From Octopus vulgaris (Eukaryota), in assembly GCA_951406725.2 (NCBI GenBank), contig OX597830.1:34100001-34164000 (forward strand): 64,000 bases of DNA, in the 5' to 3' direction. Below are positions 1 through 12,983 of this stretch, piece by piece (position 1 is the first letter of the stretch; each line of letters opens with the position of its first letter). The position numbers and the translations under genes are program-made. Under the pieces are notes generated by a model. That model was not told the origin of the DNA and ran no database searches. It was given only the letters and a program-made list of their open reading frames with translations.

Positions 1-102
1 TTAGTTGTGAATTTGTATAGTACATATGCATATACAAGCAATCGGTTATATACACAGATGTAGAACATAATTGCATATACACACATTATATATACATGTA
101 TT

Positions 103-148
<46 letters not shown>

Positions 149-178
149 TATATATATATATATATATAGATATATATA

Positions 179-230
179 TATATGATTTTAGTATTATAGG
201 CTTATACATATTTATATATGCATGTATATA

Positions 231-275
<45 letters not shown>

Positions 276-345
276 GATTTTAGAATTATAGGCTTATATA
301 TATATACATATATATATATGATTTTAAAATTATAGGCTTTTATAT
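179..345. repeat. Three copies of ATGATTTTAG(T/A)ATTATAGGCTT separated by (TA)n
   Basis: Unit recurs near 182, 275 and 318 within (TA)n tracts. Confidence 0.8.
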
Positions 346-844
346 ATTTCCCATCATTTACTCTGTGTGTGTGTAATTGAATAAGGTATATGTGGTGAGT
401 ATGCATACTGCAAAGAATAAGGGAACACAGAACTGTTTGCTGAGTGATATGTCATATGGGTGAACAAAAGTTCAGAATATAAATACTCATTACTGTGAGT
501 TACCTTTTCTGGTTCTTCAGACTGTGATAATTAAGGGTAACTTTTGTGTATGTGTCTATAAGAAATGAGATTCACACTGAGTAATACAGTAAATAATGAA
601 TTAATTTTGGGAGTTAGTTTCACTATTCAGATATTGGTTGGATATCATGTGTTATAAGAAGTAGCTTTTAGGAGTTGCTTATTAAGTAATTGTAGTGTAT
701 GTATGTGGAGGATCATGGACAAAAATGATGAGATGAGCTGCACATGGATGCTTAGTTGAAGAAAAAAAATGCAGTCAAATACAGAGAACGGGGGCAGACT
801 TAACATAAACACATACTCAAACACACACATGCACACATACACAA

Positions 845-1087
845 ATAAGGCAAAGCTGACCTCAGCAGAATTTGAACTCAGAACATAGTGACAAGCGAAA
901 TTTTGGGGGTGGGGATAAATTTATTACATCGACTCCAGTGCATAACTGGTACTTAATTTATCGACTCCAAAAGTGATGAAAGGCAAAATCAACCTTGGCA
1001 GAATTTGAACTCAGAACGTAGCATTGGGCAAAATACCGGTGAGTATTTCGTCAAGTGTGCTTATGATTCTGCCAGCTCACTGCCTTA
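845..1087 (-). mobile_element. SINE family A (tRNA head + Meta-like domain), partial tandem copies
   Basis: Reverse complement matches GAGCTGGCAGAATC...TTCTGAGTTCAAATTCTGCCAAGGTTGATTTTGCCTTTCATC, as in the near-consensus copy at 36166. Confidence 0.85.
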
Positions 1088-1267
1088 GTTGAGTCTATGA
1101 TAGAAAGAATTAGCTCAGTCTGTAGATAATTGAACTATGAAGAATTACAAAACATTATTTTTATTGAAATATGTAAACCAATTTTAAATTATGGTTCTAA
1201 TTTTTAATTTAAATTTAACAACAATCATGTAAATATCTATATCCACCACTTTTTGAATATTTAAACA

Positions 1268-1595
1268 GCCTCGCCTGGCCCCCGTGCCGGTGGCACGTAA
1301 AAAGCACCGTCCAATCGTGGCCATTGCCAGCCTTGCCTGGCCCCCATGTTGGTGGCACGTAAAAAGCACCATCTGTCCATGGCCGTTTGCCAGCTCCGTC
1401 TAGCACCTGTGCGGGTGGCACGTAAAAAGTACCCACTACACTCACGGAGTGGTTGGCGTTAGGAAGGGCATCCAGGTGTAGAAACACTGCCAGATCAGAC
1501 TGGGCCTGATGCAGCCTTCTGGCTTCACAGACCCCAGTTGAACCGTCCAACCCATGCTAGCATGGAAAGCGGACGCTAAATGATGATGATGATGA
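1268..1595 (+). mobile_element. Family D element (RTE LINE 3' UTR-derived, (GAT)n tail)
   Basis: GGTTGGCGTTAGGAAGGGCATCC motif, repeated GGTGGCACGTAAAAAGCACC units, ends GGACGCTAAA(TGA)n; homologous to 8648-8930 and 35459-35840. Confidence 0.85.
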
Positions 1596-1707
1596 CATTA
1601 CCTCTCGTTAGGTAGTGGATATCATCATCATCATTTAACGTCTGTTGTCCATGCTGGCAGACGTTAAATGATCATGATGATATAACCTACATAATCAGAG
1701 GTAATGT
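1595..1707. repeat. Fold-back inverted repeat
   Basis: ACATTACCTCT..GTAG..ATATCATCA..TCATTTAACGTCTG versus CAGACGTTAAATGA..TGATGATAT..CTAC..AGAGGTAATGT. Confidence 0.85.
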
Positions 1708-2202
1708 TATATGTGTTTAAATGGTATATATTACCAAATTTATGTTACTAACATATAATGCATTACTTCCCTAGTTAGCTCGTCCAGTCAATATACTATA
1801 ATATCATAACCGAAGGCAGACATTACACATGTACATTAGAATAACTATCTGCCATGAGAAGTGAAAATTGTACGTAATAATGTACCTTGGAATATATAAT
1901 TATGTATTTTAAAGCAATTTGATTGTAATAATGTATTTTGGAATAATTTAATACAAAAGAAATTGTGTATTTTTTTCTCATTATTACCTTTTTTTATCTC
2001 AGAAGTTGTGTGGGTTATATTTAACACATTTTCTGCACACACGCACACACACACACACACATTCACATTTATGTATGTGTTTGTATGTATGCATGACTGT
2101 GTTTATGTATGTTTATAAATGTATGTGTATATAGGTACGTGGACATATTTATATAGTTATGAACATATATTTGTACATATGCAAATAATTGTGTAAATAT
2201 AT

Positions 2203-2252
<50 letters not shown>

Positions 2253-2744
2253 GTACATACAAACATAAATACATATACATACACACGTACATACATAAAT
2301 ATATATATATATATTCAACTTTTATCTCTCCCTCTCTCTCTTTCTTTCTCTATGTGGACACACTCAACATACACATAAAACTTTGCATGCAGTAAACTCA
2401 TGTTATCTAACCAAGGGCAGGTTTACAAAAATTAACTTCAATATCGTAGAAGTGCAGGTTAAGAAGGTAAATAAATACCAAAGTAAATGTCAAGGGAATA
2501 TTACCAAGTGTATTTATCCTGGGAGACAAAATAGAATTAGGAAACTTAACATAAACACACACTCAAACACACACATGCACACATACACATACATACACAC
2601 ACGCAATATTAGGAATGGTTAGATATATTTAATCTAAAAGCCAACTGCAGTAATCTTTATATAATTGAGAGCTGCAAGTTGGCAAAATTACTTTGTACAT
2701 AACTTTATATATATATATATATATGTATGTATAGGTACTGTATA

Positions 2745-2784
<40 letters not shown>

Positions 2785-3259
2785 CATACTATCTAGGTAT
2801 CATTTCTCTCTCTCTCTCTCTCACTATTTATGTATGTATGTATATATATGTATGTATGTGCATATGTGTATATATATATATATATATTACAATATTATGT
2901 TTTTAAGTATCAATGTAGATTTCTAAATTTTGTGCAAGGCAGCAATTTTCAGGAAAGGAATTCAAAGTTTAATTGAAGCAACATGCTGCACATCACTGGT
3001 TCTAATACAAACTGTGACACCAGTCTGACAAATAACAAAATCTAAAGTGAACGTCTTTAAGAGTCGAATTTAGAGTGCAAAATGTATAAATCAATTGCTG
3101 CAAGGCATCAGAATAACTCTTTTACTATCAGCCTCACCAAAACTGCTTTTGGATTTATGATATAAATATTCAGTCTTAAATGAATCTAAATTTAATTCTT
3201 CTATCAAAATTTCATCTTAATTAATGTTCTGAATGCCACCTTAATAATCCTTTTTTATT

Positions 3260-3445
3260 ATAGGAACAAGGCCTGAAATTTTGGAAAAGGCTCTTTTTGG
3301 TTGCATTGACTCCAGTGCCTCAACCCCAAAACTAGAAAGGCTAAGTTGACCTTGGCATTATTTCAAAGCAGAATTTAAAGATGGACGAACTGCTGCTAAG
3401 CATTTTGTTTAGTGCGATAATGATCCTGACAGCTCACTCGTTAAA
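3260..3445 (-). mobile_element. SINE family A, diverged
   Basis: ACAAGGCCTGAAATTTT...GAAAGGCTAAGTTGACCTTGGC...CTAAGCATTTT...CAGCTC matches the family A antisense. Confidence 0.75.
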
Positions 3446-4169
3446 TCCCACTTAATTATCATAGATGTTTTACTGAATTCTTTCTCATTTTAGAAGATGA
3501 CTGGTATAAAGGCAACAGAAATATAGTCACAAAACAGTTAAATTCTTCCATGTAGTGGAATATTCTAATAACTACAAGTTATGTTTACTGCAAGAACACA
3601 GTAGTTTTTTTAATGTATAAATACACATAAAACTGAAGATTGATGTCAGGACTTAAACAAATATTACATTTTTTAAAATATAAAATCTATATATTTATTG
3701 GGTATCTAATTTTTGTGCTAGCAAGAGAAGTAAAAAAGTGAAAATACATAAAATAACACAAAACAATATGTTTATTTAGTAAAATTTAAACTTATTTAAT
3801 ATTTCATCTTCTATAACGATATCTGTAAACAAACTGTTCCTACATGTTTATGCTTCTTCAGTATTGAGTAATGCTTTTATTTGTAAGTAATATATCACAG
3901 TTGAATCTATGTAGGAATACCATGTGTATGTTTGCATCCAAGCTAGCTTTATAAGTCACAAACACTGGAATATAGCTGATACCAAGTGAAAAGACTAAAA
4001 ACGGAATAATGTCTATACTACTTGAATTAAGCAATTAATTTTTCCAAGTGCTTTATAGAAAATTGATATAAAGGCAATAAATGAATTAAAGGTAGTTTTA
4101 TGTTTCACAATTTCATTATTATCTTACATCAGTGTATGCAAAAAGGTTATTATTTTTTTTACATTAAAA

Positions 4170-4760
4170 ACAAATGTTTGTTTGATATTTCTTCTCTTTG
4201 TGCATTGCCTTATAGAAGCTGAGTGCCTTTTCAAATTGTCCTCTTACTCACATTGCCTTCTCTACATTTAAATGTACCAACTATTTCTCCTCTCTTCAGA
4301 ATTCTGAAAATAACTGAGTTTTTCAAGAATCTTTTGTTTGAGACAAGGTTTCACTTGTTCCATCATGCCATAATCTTTACCATATGCATATTGCTGTTCT
4401 AAATTTAAAAGTTCTTCATAACTGAGATCTGCATCATTTGACTAATGCAATCCATTTGCCACTTTGAGTTTTGGTTGCAATATTCTGTTGTCATTAACAG
4501 TTTGCTCTTTACTTAATCACCATCTTCAAACATTTTCTTCAATTCTGTAGAATATCTGGCAGTTGTCCTATGTTGCAAAAGCCTAACGTTATGGTTCTAC
4601 ACCATTTTCTAAACTTGTCAAGCAATTCAAAATTTGCAGAAATGTTTCATTGGGTACCGTTTTTAAGCTGCATTTTCTTATTTCTTTTTTTTTTCTGTTG
4701 CAAACATCAACAAAAATCGTTTTGATGGTCATTTGACTTAGAAGAAATGTCCTTTTGTTG
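4170..4760 (-). pseudogene. Possible highly decayed, internally deleted Tigger/pogo-like transposase remnant
   Basis: Broken minus-strand peptides ELKKMFEDGD, DLSYEELLNLEQ and EKALSFYKAMHKEKK resemble Tigger-type transposase segments; many stops and frameshifts. Confidence 0.35.
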
Positions 4761-4985
4761 GCTATAATTGATTCAAATTGGAGTGCTTGTGTTTCTTATT
4801 GTTTGGAAACTTTATGTTGATGCAGTACTTTGTCATTGGTCTTATATATATGAATCCATATAGTAAATACTATCATGCACTATTGACTTACCAATATTAT
4901 GGTTTTGGTGGCACCATTTCCATACTTTTCAATCAATCCCAGTTTTTCTACCAATCCTATGTTTTCCTCTTACGTCTTTTAGTAT

Positions 4986-5263
4986 GAATAGTTGTATACT
5001 GTCAATCTAACACGAACGTGACAGTAGTGGGGTACACCACCGCTGTATAGCCCTAGGAAGCATCGACCCCTCCTGATGGCTTTGATACATTTTTCCCTGT
5101 GTCCTTATATACATTTACGAATATACATTTTGTAAATGTATATAAGGACACAGAAATAATGTGTCAAAGCCATCAGGAGGCGTCGATGCTTCCTAGGGCT
5201 ATACAGCGGTGGTGTACCCCCCTACTGTCACGTTCGTGTTAGATTGACAGTATACAACCATTC
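4986..5263. mobile_element. ~278-bp near-perfect palindrome (fold-back MITE-like)
   Basis: Arms of ~135 bp (GAATAGTTGTATACTGTCAATCTAACACGAACG... / ...CGTTCGTGTTAGATTGACAGTATACAACCATTC) around a tiny loop near 5120-5128; TAT on both flanks (4983-85, 5264-66) is a possible 3-bp TSD. Confidence 0.85.
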
Positions 5264-6274
5264 TATCGCCCCACCACCGTACATGTCTCTACGAGCGATT
5301 TAGAAATTTAGTATTTCTTCTTTTAGTATGGTTTGGAACTTAATAATTTTAACATTTGGAAATGTAGCAGACTTCCTCATTTAACATAGTTCTATATAAC
5401 AAAATTCTCGAGTTAACATTTTTAAGAAATATACATTGACACAAAATCCACCAAAGCACAAAATAATTCTGCATACTATGTAGTTTGTAGCAGACTATAA
5501 CTTAAAAAAAGATCACATGTCTAAAAAAAAATAATAAAATGAAAAAAATATAATAAATATCTGAGCAACCATTAGCTGAGATAAGAAAATGAAACCAAAA
5601 GAGAAATTATATTGCTTTATTTTGTTTTTCGTTTTTAAATGTTCTGCATATCATTCTAAATCAGATTATATATGTAGTATTAAATTTTGATGACAAATAT
5701 CCAACTACGAAAAAAAAAAACAGAAATCAACAACCACAAGGGAAGAAATATATCATGATTAGTTTCCAAGGGAGGTAATGTATTTGATGACAGATTTTTT
5801 CTCTGTTTGAAGAAACTAAAAGAAACTAAACATGCATTTAAATGAAAATTAAAATTATGTAAGTTTGAAGTTAAAGATGTCTCATGCAAATTTTTTGCTA
5901 CAGACTAAGATCCCTTGCTGTAATTGCCAACATGAAGCCATATCTTTGCTAACTGCTGAATCCCTGTTACTTTAAAAATCAAGTCATTACTCACACACAC
6001 ACACACACACATGCGCAGTGTGAGTAAATATACAGAAATATAATTTTTCATACTTGTAATTACATTCACATAAAGCTACATGCATATATATATATGTGTG
6101 TGTGTGATACACACACACACACACACACATATATGTAGTAAACACAAATGGCATTAGAATATTACACAATGGTTTCAAATTTTTCCACAAGGGCAGCAAT
6201 TTGGGGAGAGAGGATGTTTCAGTTACATCGACCTTAGTGTTTGATTGGTACTTATGATAACATACAATCCACCA

Positions 6275-6505
6275 TCATCAGGTAAAATTTTAAGCAGATA
6301 AGATTTCTTACATTGACCCTGATAAATCGGGTGTGTGACTGATCCAACAGACTTTGGAATTGTCCAGGTCAATGTAAGAAATCTCACCTGTTTAGAATCT
6401 AGCCTGCTTAAAATTTTACCTGATGACAATGTAATTTATAACATGGTATAATCTTCTATGAGTGCATTAAAAAATTTTTACTGAAACAGCTGCTGTAAAT
6501 TTTAA
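6275..6505 (+). ncRNA. Inverted repeat ending in a degenerate hammerhead (Penelope pLTR-like)
   Basis: Arms 6275-6318 / 6367-6426; CTGATGA at 6420-26, GAAACAGCTG at 6483-92; stem I TTAAAATTTTAC / GTAAATTTTAA; cleavage triplet mutated (GCT). Confidence 0.55.
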
Positions 6506-6754
6506 ATACCATTTGTGTTTACTCATTATACCCATGCCCTGCCAAGTCCAAACACCAGAGTCAGATCTATGGTTTAAATTGGATTTGGTACTTGCATATC
6601 TTCATTATCCTTCCAACACTTGATGTTTTCCATGTTGTTTATCACACAGTGTGCTGTATGTTATCCTATCTAGCTATTTCTGTAGCCACTTCTGGCATCC
6701 TGTGTTGATGTGCCTAGACTCTTAGGAATCCTTATATATATATATATATATATA

Positions 6755-6878
6755 CTGACAGAATAAGTACTAGACTTACAAAAAATAAGTCCTGCGGTTG
6801 ATCTGCTTGATTAAAGGCGATGCTCTAGCAGGGCCACAGTCAAATGACTGAAACAAGTAAAAGAGAATAAAAGAGTAT
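6755..6878 (+). mobile_element. SINE family B 3' tail fragment
   Basis: AGAATAAGTACTAG...TAAAGGCG..GCTC...CAGTCAAATGACTGAAACAAGTAAAAGAG. Confidence 0.8.
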
Positions 6879-7759
6879 TGCTTATTGTCAATGAGGAAAT
6901 TCAAGCTCCAGTGCTACAGTGAATGTCGGACAAATTCTTACTTAACACTTAGTGTGGCTTAAAACACAAGTTGTAGGGAAGGAATTTAATTTTCGTATAG
7001 GTGTCCAATAAATTGATCACTTGTAAATGGCATTATGGTAAATTCATTGCTTGTAATTTCCTCACTAGATAATTACATCACAAAGCAAAATATCATTGTT
7101 AAATTCATTATCATGCTTTTTGTTTACACAGTCAATACAACTTTATAGAGTATTTAAAGTTTTTATTTGCAGAGAAAATAAATGTGTCACCTTCAATTAA
7201 GAATGAAAAAAGAAAATTATTTTTCTTAGTTCATTCACCTATAGCATAGCATATTGGAGAGACATTTAGATGGCTTTATTTTTACCTAATGTTTAAACTG
7301 TCTGATGAAATATGCAGATTTGATATTTTTATTGCAACAGCAGAAAAAATTGTTTAAAATGTACTTAAGTATCGGATGATGAAATATTATGTCACTTCAT
7401 TTCCAAATAATTGAGAAAAAAAACTGCTTTTTTTTCCCCCCTCTCTGTGCATAATGATGAACTAAGTTAAGTGTATTAATAACACTGGTTACGACAGTAA
7501 TATAGTAATGCTGCCTGAAATATAGCAATGTAGTTTTAAGTCATTATATATTAATTTGGTCTAATGAGGAAATAATGACAGTAATGGTCTCACAGTAAAT
7601 GAATATAATGTCTTTCATTAACACTGAAAAAATTTCAAAGACAAAATATTAATATGAAATTTATTCACAATATACACGAAAAATTAAAAGCAAGAAACAA
7701 ATCTAAATTTCTTCATTTAAAAAATGCAGCAAAAGAATTACAGTAGCCATGGCTTAAGC

Positions 7760-8235
7760 ACAGCATGGCTGTGTTGATAAGAAGCTTGCTTTGCAACTTT
7801 ATGGTTTTGGGATCAATTCCACAGTGTGGAACCTGATGCCATTGAGAGGTAGGTCCCGAAACGGTGTGCATTCTCTCCTGATAACCCCATGCACTTGCTG
7901 GTACTTGCATGTGCAAGTTGTTTGCAAAACATCCTGGGCTGACCAATGCCTGGTGAATGATTTGGATCCATGAAACAGCATCTATTTGTCTGTCTGTCTG
8001 TCTGTATGTAACTTTCTGACTATCTGTCTGCCTATCTACCTGCATGTGTGTGTTTGTTGTTTTGGGGGTGCTTATATATGCTACTGTCACTGCAGTTCAG
8101 CAAAAGAAAGCTACAGATTAAGCAGCCAGCTGACTTAAAAATAAGTGCTGGAGTCAATTTCTTTGACTAAAATCATTCTGGGTCATTAACTTGCATGGTT
8201 GCAGTTTAACGACTGCAATGTGTCAAAGTAAAGTA
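7760..8235 (+). mobile_element. SINE family B, old and diverged
   Basis: GGCTGTGTTGATAAGAAGCTTGCTT head and decayed GTCAATTTCTTTGACTAAA tail. Confidence 0.6.
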
Positions 8236-8647
8236 AATATTTTAATGCAAATTCAAGAAGAATAAATATTCTAAATATTCTAAACAGAAAAATAAATTTG
8301 AGCAATGCCTTGTAAATTATTTAGAATTTCATCATTTTGATATTCAATGACACTTGTGTTACATCCTAGCTGCATTATGTTATATTTCTTTTTGTGATGT
8401 GAGTTGTTGGCACTGACAATATACAGTTTGATTATTACTTCATTTCTTAATAGTTTTTTATACAAAAATTGGAGGATCATATAATGGAATTTTTATTTTA
8501 AATTTCTTTTTCAATGTTAATGAAATGTGACATATTCATTCTGTAGATAAAATTTAAATATTTATCAATGAATTTGCTCTGTTGATATACATGTGTGTGT
8601 GTGTGTGTGTGTTCTTACACATAAATCAACAAACACATTTGTGCATC

Positions 8648-9360
8648 TTCATCATCGTCATCGTTTAACGTCCACTTTCCATGCTGGCATGGGTTGGACG
8701 GTTTGACTGAGAGCTGGCAAGCTAGAAGGCTGCACCAGGTTCCAATCTGATCTGGCAAAGTTCCTACAGCTAGATGCCCTTTCTAATGCCAGCCACTTCG
8801 AGAGTGTAGTGGGTGGTTTTTACGCGCCACCAGCATGAGTGCCAGTCAGGCAGTATTAGCATTGACCATGCTTGAGTGGTGCTTTTAAAATGCCACTGGC
8901 ATGGGTACCAATCAGGTGGAACTGTCATCAGCCATGACAATGATTTCACTTACCTCAACAGGTCTTCGCAAGCACAGTTCATTGCCCAATGATTGAAGGG
9001 TACTCTTAAATGGGCTGGTAATGCTGCACTGGCATAGGCTATAGTTACAGTCTCACTTGGCTTGCTGGGTCTTCTCAAGCACAGCACTTCTCCAAAGGTC
9101 TCGATCACTTGTCACTGCCTCGGTGAGGCCCAATGTTTGAAGGTCATACTTCACCACCTCATCCCAGGTCTTCTTGGCTACCTCTTCCACAGGTTCCCTC
9201 TACTGCTAGGATGTGACACTTTTTCACACAGCTGTCCTCATCCATTTGCAACACATGACCATATCAGTGCAGTCATCTCTCTTGTACACCACATCTGATG
9301 CTTCTTAAGTCCAACTTTTCTCTCAGGTCTCTTACAATCTGTTGTGTATTCACACTGACA
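8648..9360 (-). mobile_element. 5'-truncated RTE (BovB-like) LINE: ORF C-terminus plus 3' UTR (source of family D)
   Basis: Minus strand 9053-9360 reads approximately LREKLDLRSIRCGVQER-LH-YGHVLQMDEDSCVKKCHILAVEGTCGRG../KTWDEVVKYDLQTLGLTEAVTSDRDLWRSAVLEKTQQAK*, the typical RTE C-terminus, with stops and a frameshift; 3' UTR ends in (GAT)n. Confidence 0.85.
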
Positions 9361-10125
9361 TATATGTGCACATACACACACAGTCATAACTAACTTCACA
9401 AATATACTTTTCTAACTAAGAACATTATCATCAGTTAACAGGCACATTTTCATGGTCGCATAGATAAAACAGAATTTGCCTTGGCAAACTTTCTACAGCC
9501 AGACGCCCTTCCAGTTAGACCTTCACCTGTTTCCAAACAAGGTAATATTTCTCTTGTGGCAGATGCCCCCAGGTGATAAGTGGGCTGGTCCACTACTAAT
9601 AAATAGTGGACTGACACAGTAATATCAGTCAGTGAGATACGCTGTTTGGGCTAGTCCCTCAGAGACAACAAAATATAACGTTGTAATGTGGGACATAACA
9701 ATTTCCTCATGACAAGACATGTTTTTCACAGAAGATTGGAAATTAACAACACTGCATGTACGATACTCATTTACAAGCATGATATCAAGACAAAGCTACA
9801 TATAATCACACACACACACATATATATACACATGCATTTATTTGTCCATAACTAAATTATGACATACAAATACGATTCTTCTAATCTATACAAACAAATA
9901 GATATTAAAACAATTTACAGTGATATTAAACGTTGTACACCATTCAGTGTAGGCAGGTAAGTTTATTTGTTTAAATCCCACTGTCCTTCTCCTGTCTATC
10001 ATTTCATCCTTGCTGTTCTGCTGCTTAGCACTGTAAGTCATCTATTCCCACCCCATCACTCTCTGGCACTAGTCGATCACTACCACACAGTCTTCTAAAA
10101 TGGGAGTTGTCATGTAGCTTCTTAA

Positions 10126-10434
10126 GTGGAAGCACATGGCCTAGTGGTTAGAACAGGGGACTTGCAGTCGAGGGATCGTGGGTTCGAATCTCAGACTGGG
10201 CGATGTTTGTGTTTATGAGCAAAACATCTAAGTTCCATGCAGCTCTGGCAGAAAGTAACGGCAAACTTCTACTGATTCTTTCACCACAACTTTCCTTCAC
10301 TCTTTCCTCCTGCATCAAGCAGCTCACTTATGATGGACCAGCGTCCCATCCAGGTGCAGAACCTATATGCCAATGAACTGGAAAACTGGCCCTTGTGAGC
10401 CAGGCATGGCTCGAAAAGGAACAGAAAACAACAA
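10126..10434 (+). mobile_element. SINE family C (tRNA head + V-like domain), full length with TSD
   Basis: A box TGGCCTAGTGG, B box GGTTCGAATC, GATGGACCAGCGTCCCATCCAGG domain, (AAC)n tail; TSD CATGTAGCT(T/C)CTT at 10111-23 / 10435-47. Confidence 0.9.
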
Positions 10435-10479
10435 CATGTAGCTCCTTTGCAGTAAGAAACCTTAAAGTTGTTTATAATC

Positions 10480-10715
10480 CAAAGGTCTTTGTAGTCTTTC
10501 AAACGGCACAGCAGCCATTCTTGTGCTGGTTCCATGGAAGAAGCAGCTAGCACATGCGGCATTAGGAATGGCTTCAAACCATTGAAACCATGTCGAAGCA
10601 GACGGAGGAACATGATGCAGTCCTTGGGCCCCATTGGATTCTATCAAATCGCTCAACTCACACTGACACAGAACATGAACGTTAATTGATGATGATGATG
10701 ATGATGATGATGATA
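10480..10715 (+). mobile_element. Family D element, diverged
   Basis: GGCATTAGGAATGGCTTC...GAACGTTAATT(GAT)n. Confidence 0.55.
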
Positions 10716-10905
10716 CAGTACATATCACTGATGTACATGATGATGATGATGCTGTACATATCGCTGATGAGCATGACGATGATGATGATAATGATGCAGT
10801 ACATATCAGTGATGCACATGATGATGATGATGAACATATCGGTGATGCACATAATGATGATGATGATGATGTACGTATCGGTGATGCACATGATGATGAT
10901 GAAAC
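10715..10905. repeat. Minisatellite (unit ~30-45 bp) GTACATATCGGTGATGCACAT(GAT)n, about 5 copies
   Basis: Unit core visible at about 10718, 10754, 10799, 10832 and 10871. Confidence 0.8.
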
Positions 10906-10912
10906 TTGTATG

Positions 10913-10958
<46 letters not shown>

Positions 10959-12254
10959 CAAAAACAAAAACATAACAAAAAAGAATTAATATTAAAAAAA
11001 AAAACTAATTAGTTCTTTATATAAAGATAGGAAAAATCTATTTAAAACCTACTGTTGAGAAATTTCAAATTTTACCAGTTAAAAAAGAATTAATAAAATT
11101 TTATAGAGAAAGACAGAGAGAGAGAGAGAGAGATAGAGTGAGTGAGAATGAGGTAAGAGAAACAATGAGTAAAGCTTGGAAATTGGAAACTTACACACAC
11201 ACATGCACACACATGCACACACACACACACACGCACACACATGCACACACACATGCACACACACCTACACACACACGTACACACACACATAAAGGTATAT
11301 TTCTTGGATTCATATATAGAATTAATCTTTGGTAAACAATATTGCTTCTCTAAAAATGCTTAAAAAAATTCTAAGGACTTAGCTTTGTTCACATTGCTGC
11401 CTTTAATTTTCGTTTTTTTTTAAATTTTGTATTTTTTAAAACATTTTGTTATTTTAGTTTTATTTTAGTTACATTTTTATTCTATAAAATTCTGAACTTT
11501 ATTTTAGCTTGCATTGCCAAGTTCATGCATATGCTGACATGCAAGCACCCTAGTGAATGTAGGTATTCTCATTGTTTTGCACATTCCTTCTATTCTTAAG
11601 AACTTATTTCTTTAATCAGATCTGATGATGATTCAACATTCTCATCTTTGCCATAGAGCAGTGCTTTCTCTACCCCACCCCTACTCAGTCTCTCTCTTTC
11701 TCTTTCTCTCACTCTCTCTCTCTCTTTCTCTCTCTCTGTCTCATACACACACAAATTCTCACTCTCTTTTTTGGTCTTTCATCACACAAAGGCATAAACA
11801 GAAAGACACACATGTATACATAACACACACATGCACATGGAAACACTGCACATACACAGACAACATACGCACGCACGCACACACACACACACACTCTTAT
11901 GCACACATAACACACACACGCACACACACAGATACGTAGAGACAAACAGACAAGATATCTAATCTCTGAACGTATGCAAGCCTTCTGTTATCTATGAATT
12001 TTATTGTTCTTTGTATTTAAACTATATTTGCCAATTATGTGAACAGAATGAATTTGTATATGTGTGCGTGTGTGTACGCCTGTGTATGTGTATGTGTGTG
12101 TGTGTGCCTGTGTATGTGTGTGTGTGTGTGTGTATGTGTGTGAGTGAATGTGTCTTATATCCACAGAACTTTAACTAATGTGAAGCTGAGATAAACTGTA
12201 ATTAAATACAAAGTGTTCCAACCAAATCTGTTGAGTACTGCTTTCTTAATGTCT

Positions 12255-12385
12255 GATGAGAAGCTTATTCCCTGACCACATGGTTCAGGGTTCAGTCCCA
12301 CTATGTGGCACTTTGGGCAAATGTCTTCTTTTATAGCCTTGGGGCTGACTAAAGCCTTGTGAATGTATTTGGTAGATAGAAAAGA
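12255..12385 (+). mobile_element. SINE family B head fragment
   Basis: ACCACATGGTTCAGGGTTCAGTCCCAC...TTGGGCAAATGTCTTC...AAAGCCTTGTGAATG. Confidence 0.8.
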
Positions 12386-12983
12386 ATATTTGTCCCTGGA
12401 ACCTACTACAGTGATTGAGAGAGTGACAGATGACAGAAGTGTTGTACAAGCTTTTGTCACTCGAATTGAAATAGATGCAGATGTCTCTGTCAATTCATTT
12501 CTTGATCTATTTTGTATTTTGTGAAGTCCTATAGTGATAGATATGTGGTGTAAAATGTTATATCAGTGCACATGCAGGAATGAAAGCAATTGGAAAGTGA
12601 AATGGTTATTATCTGACAAACAATCATCTCAAGCTGAAAACTTAAAGAATTAGTATTACCATGACAAAATTATTTGTATTTAATTAGCTGTAGATCACCT
12701 TTCTGTGCACTTAGAAGACAAAGAAATGTGATAAAATTATTACAAAATACAAATAAAATAAAACATAAACATTGAAAATTAGTAAATATAAATCAAGAAA
12801 CAGTACCCCAAAACAATAAGAGATAAAGTATAAATGATAAAAATAATGTATCATCATTGAAGTAATAAAACAATTAGTAAACATAATTAGGATTCATAGA
12901 TATATTTATATTGAGCACAGAAAAAAATACAGAATAAAAATAAAAATGAAATAAAATTGTATATGAAAATTATGTAATGTTTT

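Noticed and set aside
7300-7360. Isolated CTGATGA (also ~12253, ~14508, ~34359, ~48737 minus)
   Set aside because: No properly placed stem II, GAAA and NUH with stem I
10126-10200. tRNA gene
   Set aside because: The A/B boxes belong to a SINE head continuing into body, tail and TSD; same for the other SINE copies
10715-10905. CRISPR-like array
   Set aside because: Spacers are only (GAT)n; eukaryotic context with no cas genes
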